DNA of 64,000 bases from NCBI GenBank assembly GCA_040954595.2, contig CM082584.2, positions 3,131,344-3,195,343 on the forward strand, read 5' to 3'. Source of the stretch: Balanoglossus misakiensis. Taxonomy: Eukaryota > Animalia > Hemichordata. Positions 1 through 11,400 of the stretch are shown one piece after another (positions within the stretch are counted from its first letter, which is position 1; each line of letters starts with the position of its first letter). The notes beneath the pieces were generated by a model. That model had not been told where the DNA came from, searched no databases, and saw nothing but the letters and a program-made list of their open reading frames with translations. The position numbers were made by a program, and so were the translations under genes.

Positions 1-645
1 CGAGCGAATAAGAAAGTTTTTCGGTAGACTCTGTAGATCGACTGTTTGTTCTAAAATATCCATGGTTGCTTCAAACGCCGTCTTGTTATTTGCATATTCC
101 GTTGTGATGCGTAGAACACACAGGCCCGAGCGAATAAGAAAATTGTCCGATAGACTCTGTAGATCGACTGTTTGTTCTAAAATATCCATGGTTGCTTCCA
201 AACGCCGTCTTGCTATTTACATATTACGTTGTGATGCGTAGAACACACTGGCCCGAGGGAATAAGAAAGTTGTCCGATAGACTCTGTAGATCGACTGTTT
301 GTTCTAAAATATCCATGGTTGCTTCAAACGCCGTCTTGTTATTTGCATATTCCGTTGTGATGCGTAGAACACACAGGTCCGAGCGAATAAGAAAGTTGTC
401 CGATAGACTCTGTTGATCGACTGTTTGTTCTAAAATATCCATGGTTGCTTCAAACGCCGTCTTGCTATTTACATATTACGTTGTGATGCGTAGAACACAC
501 TGGCCCGAGGGAATATGAAAGTTTTCGGGTAGACTCTGTAGATGGACTGTTTGTTCTAAAATATCCATGGTTGCTTCAAACGCCGTCTTGCTACTTACAT
601 ATTCCGTTGTGATGCATAGAACACATAGGTCCGAGCGAATAAGTC
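1..645. repeat. ~126-bp tandem repeat (>=5 copies, runs off window start)
   Basis: Unit anchor 'cgag(c/g)gaat' at 1, 127, 254, 380, 506, 632; core tagactctgtagatcgactgtttgttctaaaatatccatggttgcttc repeated. The overlapping ORFs are repeat artefacts. Confidence 0.95.
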
Positions 646-2289
646 GATGTCAACTGAGTGTGAACGAGCTGTTTCGCATCGTGTCGTCTGCTCAGTTTTC
701 GTGACTGAAACGACAGGAATAATACCCCAGTTGGCCTTTAAATTGTACATATCGTGAGATTTGAGCGCCATAGAAACCACAGATATCATGGAACAGGAAG
801 GTAATATCGTTAAAATCTTTGTTTTTAATCAAAATATTGACCTCTGAGTTCTGCTAATTTGTGCCGGTGCCAAACGGGCGCGATGTTACACTGCAGCCAA
901 ATATAGAATCGGAGTTCTGAAGAAATGCTATTACGATACTTCGTGTCATTATTTTCGGAAATTTTATTGTTTTCTCAGACAAGGTGACAGAACACAGACT
1001 CAAGGCATCTCGCGCTTCCGTCTTCAATGTTGAATTTGATATTTTGACTGTATTTGCGTGAAAGCTTACGGGTCTTCGCATTCATCAGAAGCTATCGTGC
1101 GTCGCTGAGATTTGATTCTTCATAAACAAAAATCATTTCATAACCATACCAAATAAAGCATTTCCAGAAATTTTGAAATGTGTAGACTTTTCTGCTATAG
1201 TTGTCTATAGATTTAGTGTTGAAGTCACGCTGAACTGCCAAAATTTAACACAGACTCCCCGACAACATTTCAGACCATTTCATAAAGCACAGGGGCGAAT
1301 ATAAGTCGAAAATTTGCATTTAATCGCAAAGTTATCGTCTTCGTGTCGATTTAATACGTTTTCGTGCCGACGAGTACCACCCGGGTATCCATATAACTAA
1401 AGTACAAGGCAACAAATGAGAACCAAGGATTGATAACTGTACCCTGAAGCTCTAGAGATCACAAGTACCACAATGTATTCAAAAGTTTTTGATGCAATTA
1501 TTATTTTTTACGTACGTTGACAACCGTTTTCATCAAAGGTGACTGACAATTTCTTTTTGTTACGAAAATTCCAGCCTCTAAAGGCTAGAGGTTTTCGTAA
1601 CTGCGAACACACATCCCTGCCACACATTGCCGACACTTATTCAAAACGGACGACTAAAACCGCAAAATTCACGCGTCGCTACGTATACACATACGCGAAC
1701 GCCACTGCCAGCCGTCAGACGTACGTACGCGTATTTACGTGTAACTAAACCTCTCTTATACTGCGCGCGATACCATTCATATCCAGGAAATACTACAATT
1801 AATCAGGGACGCACATGAAATACAACACATTACAAAACATAATGTGCGAAGCCATGTTGATAATTTCATCCACAAACAATTTCAAGACAGATAAAGAGGT
1901 GTGAAACGCTGGGGTCGAAATGGTCAGGGGTCGAAGTGACCTGTTACCGATAAGGACATTTACGGTACGCTTCGGAATACGCATACGAAATGGAATCCGC
2001 AAGACCGCTTATTTGTTCGGGGATTCTCTTCTCCAGTTCAGACAAAATCATTATTCCCGAAACAATAGAAACATACACTATTTTTCAGAGTTATGTCACT
2101 ATTAATAAGTATAATTATTTTGTAACATAATATTGTAAGCAAATATGTTGATATCTCGTAAATGTCCGTCTGCTGACGGAAACCTGGGCTGTGAATGACT
2201 TTCAGTAAGTGTCGCGAATGCGAAAATGAATACGAATATGAATTTGAGGACAATTTCAATGCAGGTCTCTAGACTTGACGCTGAGCAAC

Positions 2290-2436
2290 ATGTCCTGTGT
2301 TCAATTAAAGCTTGCCGCATTGCTGTTACGCGAACATTATGGCGAAATAGTAGAAAACGTTGGTACTTATTTGATAGAAAATGGTGCTCGACCGTTAAGA
2401 GTGATCGCTCTGGATACTGCCATAAAGGTTGATCAG
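2290..2436 (+). CDS. POLR3C: POLR3C coding exon 1
   Basis: ATG 2290, MSCVQLKLAALLLREHYGEIVE...DQ, donor GTAAGA at 2437. Possible short 5'UTR intron 2205-2264. Confidence 0.92.
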
Positions 2437-5400
2437 GTAAGACGAGAGTCTTCGAAACCTGGATACTGGAACAGACTCGGCTGAAGTGGGCAGACAAAAC
2501 CCAGCAGACAAAACTCTGGCGGGGATCGCAGCAGACAAAACTCGAAATACACTTTTAAACTTCAATTTCGAACACAGGACAGACACATTACCCCTATTAG
2601 ACTGTTGACGGTTAAAATATCCGGTATTTTCCTGAATATGATAAATAACCGCGACGGTACATCATTTCCGACAGCAAAACATGACTTCCTTGATAAACAC
2701 TGTGTAAAGTGTGAGGGCGCTTTTAACTTCATCGATATACATGTACCAGCATGAAGGTAATAACTACAGCCTAATTACCAAATGTCTTCTACCATTTCAA
2801 AATGAGTGTGCATCAATTTCACATACCATGTCTAATGCACATATATACATGCTATCACAATATACATATACCATTCCAAAATTAACTTCTTTGCATAAAT
2901 TATGGCTATTTTAATGAGCACCTTAAACAGCCTAATTTCCAAACCTTTTTGCCTATGAAATGTTTGTCTGCTGCCATTTCAAATTGAGTGTGCATCCAAC
3001 TCACATACCAGCTTTGATACACACATATCCACTCTATAAGACTGTACAGGTCTCATCAAATAATTAACTTCTTTGCATAAATTATGTACATTTTAATAAT
3101 CACCTGTATAGACATATATAGCAGTTTAACACATAATATACCACTGTCTGCTGGTGCTCCCAGTTGAGTGTGCATCCAACTCACATACCAGGGTTGATAC
3201 ACACATATCCACTCTATAAGACTGTACAGGTCTCATCAAATAATTAACTTCTTTGCATAAATTATGGTCATTTTAATAATCACCTGCATAGACATATATA
3301 GCAGTTTAACACATAATATACCACTGTCTGCTGGTGCTCCCAGTTGAGTGTGCATCCAACTCACATACCAGCTTTGATACACACATATCCACTCTATAAG
3401 ACTGTACAGGTCTCATCAAATAATTAACTTCTTTGCATAAATTATGTACATTTTAATAATCACCTGTATAGACATATATAGCAGTTTAACACATAATATA
3501 CCACTGTCTGCTGGTGCTCCCAGTTGAGTGTGCATCCAACTCACATACCAGGGTTGATACACACATATCCACTCTATAAGACTGTACAGGTCTCATCAAA
3601 TAATTAACTTCTTTGCATAAATTATGGTCATTTTAATAATCACCTGCATAGACATATATAGCAGTTTAACACATAATATACCACTGTCTGCTGGTGCTCC
3701 CAGTTGAGTGTGCATCCAACTCACATACCAGGGTTGATACACACATATCCACTCTATAAGACTGTACAGGTCTCATCAAATAATTAACTTCTTTGCATAA
3801 ATTATGCTCATTTTAATAATCACCTGTATAGACATATATAGCAGTTTACCACAACATATACCACTGTCTGCTGGTGCTCCCAGTTGAGTGTGCATCCAAC
3901 TCACATACCAGGGTTGATACACACATATCCACTCTATAAGACTGTACAGGTCTCATCAAATAATTAACTTCTTTGCATAAATTATGGTCATTTTAATAAT
4001 CACCTGCATAGACATATATAGCAGTTTAACACATAATATACCACTGTCTGCTGGTGCTCCCAGTTGAGTGTGCATCCAACTCACATACCAGGGTTGATAC
4101 ACACATATCCACTCTATAAGACTGTACAGGTCTCATCAAATAATTAACTTCTTTGCATAAATTATGCTCATTTTAATAATCACCTGCATAGACATATATA
4201 GCAGTTTAACACATAATATACCACTGTCTGCTGGTGCTCCCAGTTGAGTGTGCATCCAACTCACATACCAGGGTTGATACACACATATCCACTCTATAAG
4301 ACTGTACAGGTCTCATTAAATAATTAACTTCTTTGCATAAATTATGCTCATTTTAATAATCACCTGCATAGACATATATAGCAGTTTAACACATAATATA
4401 CCACTGTCTGCTGGTGCTCCCAGTTGAGTGTGCATCCAACTCACATACCAGGGTTGATACACACATATCCACTCTATAAGACTGTACAGGTCTCATTAAA
4501 TAATTAACTTCTTTGCATAAATTATGCTCATTTTAATAATCACCTGCATAGACATATATAGCAGTTTAACACATAATATACCACTGTCTGCTGGTGCTCC
4601 CAGTTGAGTGTGCATCCAACTCACATACCAGGGTTGATACACACATATCCACTCTATAAGACTGTACAGGTCTCATCAAATAATTAACTTCTTTGCATAA
4701 ATTATGCTCATTTTAATAATCACCTGTATAGACATATATAGCAGTTTAACACAACATATACCACTGTCTGCTGGTGCTCCCAGTTGAGTGTGCATCCAAG
4801 TCACATACCAGCTTTGATACACACATATCCACTCTATAAGACTGTACAGGTCTCATCAAATAATTAACTTCTTTGCATAAATTATGTACATTTTAATAAT
4901 CACCTGTATAGACATATATAGCAGTTTAACACAACATATACCACTGTCTGCTGGTGCTCCCAGTTGAGTGTGCATCCAACTCACATACCAGGGTTGATAC
5001 ACACATATCCACTCTATAAGACTGTACAAGTCTCATCAAATAATTAACTTCTTTGCATAAATTATGCTCATTTTAATAATCACCTAAAGAACTTAACATA
5101 AAATGGGTACCAGTTGAAATCGTTAAAATGTTTTTGAATGGCTTGACTAACATAAATGGGGAGGAATGGCCAAGAGTCCCATGCTGGAAAGGGACTCCAC
5201 TTCAAATAAAGGAATTGCCAATCACTGCAACAGATTTGGGATTCAATACCAAGAACTGTGAATCCTCATCTAGCGAGTAAGAAAATTAAGCTTGATTTTG
5301 CCCACACAAAAACTTTTCAACACAAACTGTTTTGTGAAATTTTGACCTGAAATTAATTAATCATCCACAGGAACCTGCAAACCAAATTTCATGCAAAAAT

Positions 5401-8400
5401 ATTTGATCTAAATACCCGATATGAACTAATGGTAATGTGATAATATAAAACATGCAAATCAGTAATAAATTATCATTAAATTAAATTAAATTAAATTAAA
5501 TTAAAATAAAATAAAGTCTTTCAATTTAAATAGTTCAAGTGCAATATAAACTGCTAAATGTCCGCTGGTGTAGTCTAGTAAGGTCTCTCTGAGACCAATA
5601 AATGCAGTGCAAACATTTCCGTAAATATACTAATTTCAGAAATATACCATTTATTTATTAGAAAACTTTATCAAATTTATTTAAGCAATAAAACACCCCC
5701 AGCCATGGTATACCACGAGATTTTGACCAGTTCAACTCCATATACGCACGAGCGATAGTGAGTGCGTATATGGAGTTGAACTGGTCAAAATCTCGTGGTA
5801 TATACCATGGCTGGGGGTGTTTTATTGCTATTAGGGACCGTTCAGTTTTTACGGCAGGGGGGGGGGGGGCGGCAAGTTTGTGTCACCGGTTTTCAAAATC
5901 AGGCCGACCCCCCCTTCACCCAGGAGCAAAAAATGATGACCCCCCCCCCCCTTTGACAGACCCAAAAGTATGATGACCCCCCCCCCCCCACGCCAAAAAC
6001 ATTCGCCGTCCTGATCCTATGTACACTGTATGCAATAAAGGGAATGAGGCTCCTCACACCTGAATTATAAATTTCTTAAAGTAATTGAAGTATATAATAG
6101 TATATCATTGCAATAAAGAAATCTATGAACAAATAAAAATGACAAGTCAATACAATAGTTGCTAGAATTGGTAAAACAAGAAAAGTGGCAGGGGGTGTCC
6201 CCCTCCCACATAAGAAAATTTTGTAAAATACGGTGCTCAAAGTTGCATTTTAATGAACTGAAAAGCAAATTAACTCAATGTTAGGGAGGACAAATTTTAA
6301 TTTTGCAACTCCACTCAAAGTAAGCATCGGGGTGGTGTGGCAAGAAATCTGCCCTGGTACACTAGACAAACCAGCAAAAATTGAAATGTGGCGGAGGGGA
6401 AGGGTGTGGGAGGGGTTGTCCCCCTCCCACATTAGAAAATTTTGTAAAATAAAGGGTGCGAAACTGCAATTTTTTGGACTCAAAAGCAAAAGTTCGGTAG
6501 CAAAAGTATGTGACCCCCCCCCTAAACGTTTAAAAAACCCAGATGAACCCCCTTTTGGACTTCAAAATTTGAGTGACCCCCCCCCCTGGATTTTGCCGCC
6601 CCCCCCCCCCCCCTGGCCGTAAAAACTGAACGGTCCCTTATATTATGCCAGTATATTGAAACTTTGCATAAAACATTTTAAAAAGGCATTTTCTTTGACT
6701 ATGATATATGACTGTGGTATATGACTAATATATCACAGTCACGTGTCGTGTCTCGACCAATAAAATAGCGTGATTTACACCATCAATATACTGGTATAAT
6801 ATAATAACTGATAACTACCAGTTTTGCAAAGTGTATGTAAATGCAGTTTGAAACATTACCACCATATAACTGTGTGAGATTGCTCTCCATAATACATACA
6901 TGTATGCATATTAGTCTGGTGTCCAGACTCCTGTTTTAGATAGACTCACACACATAGGGTCTGGAGTCGCGGTCAACTATCGTGGATTCTAAATCAGTAC
7001 TGTGTCATGTACATGTAAGGTGATTGACTTGAACGATGTCAGTCAAGATCAGGTGCTGACCTTGTTGCCGAGGCATTGCATTTGGAGTTCTATTGACATG
7101 CAAAAATTTAGAATCCACGATAGTTGACTGTGACTCCAAGACCCTAGATACCAGACTAATATGCATAGTACACACACTACAATACACCAATACACGTGGT
7201 GGTAGGGCAACTGATTAATAGACAAAACAGTGTCAATGAATCAGACCAAAACATGCCAGTATAAGTGGTAACTTGTTCTATTTCCATACAGGATTGCTTT
7301 ATTAATGGATATGCACAAGAAACTTGATATTTCTATACAGAGTACCTGTGAGCTGTATCGATGTGACATGGATGCACACCAAGTTGAAGTTTACAACACA
7401 CACTGTACGCACACATAACTTTCTTGACATGTATGTTGTTGTACTAAGCTGGTATGTGAGTTGGATGCACACTCAACTGGGAGCACCAGCAGACAGTGGT
7501 ATATGTTGTGTTAAACTGCTATATATGTCTATACAGGTGATTATTAAAATGAGCATAATTTATGCAAAGAAGTTAATTATTTGATGAGACTTGTACAGTC
7601 TTATAGAGTGGATATGTGTGTATCAAAGCTGGTATGTGAGTTGGATGCACACTCAACTGGGAGCACCAGCAGACAGTGGTATATGTTGTGTTAAACTGCT
7701 ATATATGTCTATACAGGTGATTATTAAAATGAGCATAATTTATGCAAAGAAGTTAATTATTTGATGAGACTTGTACAGTCTTATAGAGTGGATATGTGTG
7801 TATCAACCCTGGTATGTGACTTGGATGCACACTCAACTGGGAGCACCAGCAGACAGTGGTATATGTTGTGTTAAACTGCTATATATGTCTATACAGGTGA
7901 TTATTAAAATGAGCATAATTTATGCAAAGAAGTTAATTATTTGATGAGACTTGTACAGTCTTATAGAGTGGATATGTGTGTATCAAAGCTGGTATGTGAG
8001 TTGGATGCACACTCAACTGGGAGCACCAGCAGACAGTGGTATATTATGTGTTAAACTGCTATATATGTCTATACAGGTGATTATTAAAATGTACATAATT
8101 TATGCAAAGAAGTTAATTATTTGATGAGACCTGTACAGTCTTATAGAGTGGATATGTGTGTATCAAAGCTGGTATGTGACTTGGATGCACACTCAACTGG
8201 GAGCACCAGCAGACAGTGGTATATGTTGTGTTAAACTGCTATATATGTCTATACAGGTGATTATTAAAATGTACATAATTTATGCAAAGAAGTTAATTAT
8301 TTGATGAGACCTGTACAGTCTTATAGAGTGGATATGTGTGTATCAAAGCTGGTATGTGACTTGGATGCACACTCAACTGGGAGCACCAGCAGACAGTGGT

Positions 8401-11400
8401 ATATGTTGTGTTAAACTGCTATATATGTCTATACAGGTGATTATTAAAATGAGCATAATTTATGCAAAGAAGTTAATTATTTGATGAGACTTGTACAGTC
8501 TTATAGAGTGGATATGTGTGTATCAAAGCTGGTATGTGACTTGGATGCACACTCAACTGGGAGCACCAGCAGACAGTGGTATATGTTGTGTTAAACTGCT
8601 ATATATGTCTATACAGGTGATTATTAAAATGAGCATAATTTATGCAAAGAAGTTAATTATTTGATGAGACTTGTACAGTCTTATAGAGTGGATATGTGTG
8701 TATCAAAGCTGGTATGTGACTTGGATGCACACTCAACTGGGAGCACCAGCAGACAGTGGTATATGTTGTGTTAAACTGCTATATATGTCTATACAGGTGA
8801 TTATTAAAATGAGCATAATTTATGCAAAGAAGTTAATTATTTGATGAGACCTGTACAGTCTTATAGAGTGGATATGTGTGTATCAAAGCTGGTATGTGAC
8901 TTGGATGCACACTCAACTGGGAGCACCAGCAGACAGTGGTATATTATAGTATAAAAGGAGTGAAATTATATGCACATTTTCTGATATCACATTCTTTTCA
9001 GATATAAATGTTTTATTATTATTATTATTATAATTATAATTATTATAATTATAATTATTATTGAGTTGATTGTCATCGCAATGAACGTCCTGTATCTTTC
9101 TGCAGTTTATAATGCATGTTATTTGCAAAACATTTTTCTTACCAATTATTGGTGTCTAAAGCGCCCTCGCACATCGCACACTGTTCAACCAGGAAGTTCA
9201 GTGCACTGTGTGTAGTCGAGACGGCGATCGTATTTTTCGTCTGGATTTTTTATCCTTGGCGGGGATTTTCCAGCAAATTATGAAACTTTATCATTTTCTA
9301 CAGTCTAATTGAGGTAATATGTCAGTCCTTTGTCCGAAATTGAAGTTTTAAAGTGTATTTCGAGATTTGTCTGCTGCGATCCCTGCCAGAGTTTTGTCTG
9401 CTGGGTTTTGTCTGCCCACTTCAGCCGAGTCTGGAACAGTGGAAGGGACGATGTAAAATCTTAGACACTCTCCCCATCATTAAGCTGCAATGATTGAATC
9501 GGGTGTTGCTAGGTTGACTTGTGTGTTCGGTGCGAACAGTCAACCTACAATGACCTAGCGGAAACCATTGCAGCTTGGTTGTTGGGGGATACCAACCTAC
9601 AGCGAGGGGAGTGTTAGGGCTATGGAGCCGCAGCTACAGAGGGTAGTGTGAGGAGCTGTCAGCTTAACTTTGTGTTGGGTGGGGGAACAGCCTAGCTCTG
9701 CGTGACAGGGCTGTGTTGTTACGACGAGCCCTCCAGGGTGGGTGGAGGGCTCGCCGTACAACACAGCCCTGCCACGCAGAGCTAGGGTACAGGTCTGTGT
9801 GTGTTGGAGGCCGTGTAACGCCGCGAACACACTGTACGCAGGGCTAGGTGGGTAGTATGCCTGTCATCATGTGTCAGAGTGATCTAGTGTTTCCAAGCAT
9901 GTGACGTGTATGCTTGGTTTCTAGACGTATGTTGTCTGCTTCCAAAACTAACATCTAGCCATGCCACTTCTCCAATAAAGCCTTATACCCTTTGCTGCAG
10001 GGAGCTGTGATGTGGACAGCATAGAGGTCACTCACATAAACTGACCCATGTTGAGTGGATGTAAGATTATAGTGAAGTTAGGGTAATTACATGGAAAATA
10101 TTACACTATCTCTGTAACGTCTAGCAATTTTTCAATATTTTTGTTTTGCGTTTGGCTATATTTTCTGGTTCACCTTCTCATTATTCTTTCCCAACACATA
10201 CAAATTTCCACGTGTCAACAAGTCATGTGTATGTGTACCGGTCATTGTTATTGTTGACAAATGCATTCCACCAGTCCAGACTTAAAAAGGGACAAAGTCT
10301 CTATCATGCTGCCCTTTTTTCATTAATTATGTTTTATACAAGACACCCTTTATATATGTCAAGGTTAAGTGCATCGAATTCCCTTGCGCATACATGTCCG
10401 CGCAATTCAACTCCCTAGCAAATAGCATGACAGAATTAAGTTTCAGGTCAGCCAATAATCACTAAACTGGGGTGCCTTGTCAAATAAGATTATAGGGTTA
10501 TTAAATGAGTATGCATTTTTGTAGACATTGCACTTGTATCTCAGTATGAAGATACCCATGGACCTCTGCCCCCCCCCCCCCCCCCCCCACAGGTGTTTAA
10601 AATGCTTTTGGAAATTAATTATTTATTAACCCTGAATTAGAAATAGAGATGTATCTTTAAAAATAGCGTGGTGACACCCTATTTTTAATTTTGTATAATA
10701 ATGAGCATGCAGTTAAGTTTCATTTTATGAAATTTCATTTATTTGACATTAGTAGAAAGTAGCATGGGATAAGCATGAAATCTTCATTTCCTCAACTTCC
10801 CATATCTATATCAAATTATTTTTTGTTCTATGATTTTTTTCAAGTTGAAAAAAAATCACAATTGAATAATCATTCACAGGGGAATACTGGGAGGCAACCA
10901 TTTGATACCTAAGGGATTAGGGATGTCACAACCATTTGATATGTAGGGGAAACTAGAGGTACCAGATCAATGCTGCACGGTTAACTTGTGACAACATGAA
11001 ATGATATTTTTTCAATTCTGTTAGTAAAGAAAAATATGTCCCTAAAATAACATCCTCAAAAATACTCACCATTAAGCCATATTACGGTACTTGCATTTTT
11101 ACACATACTACGATAGCTGCATACTGTTTGTATTGGGGCTGATTAAGTCGGTGCGGCACCATTTTAATACATAGCCTGTTCCAATTGCAACATGCAGTCA
11201 CAATCGGGTATCGATAAGGTGTTCATGGATACCTATCAGTACTATGCTTATTTAAATGGACCAATTTAAGTTGATAATAATGCAAAAAGTGGCAGCTTTA
11301 GAGGCTTTAGTCTTTAATATTGAGGGATGATTTTATTTCTTGCAGATTAGGAAAGCTTTGTGTGTGCTGATTCAACATAACATAGTGAAGTGTTTAATCA

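Larger units (their letters stand above)
2472..9433. mobile_element. Non-autonomous foldback-like TIR DNA element with inverted internal satellite arrays
   Basis: Termini CAGACTCGGCTGAAGTGGGCAGACAAAACCCAGC... / ...CCCACTTCAGCCGAGTCTG, with imperfect TIR extending >130 bp. 3-bp direct repeat GAA at 2469-2471 and 9434-9436. No transposase ORF seen. Confidence 0.9.

Noticed and set aside
1799-2002. Divergent first exon (MASHIMFCNVLYF) upstream of POLR3C
   Set aside because: Weak donor and no recognisable homology or downstream exon in the window.
2983-8947. 180-bp and 126-bp arrays as CRISPR-like repeat-spacer arrays
   Set aside because: Units are near-identical along their whole length with no unique spacers, and the context is eukaryotic.
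10077-10084. Telomerase RNA template (ACCCUAAC on the minus strand) next to the structured region
   Set aside because: Only an 8-nt match; no convincing pseudoknot or H/ACA box identified by eye.
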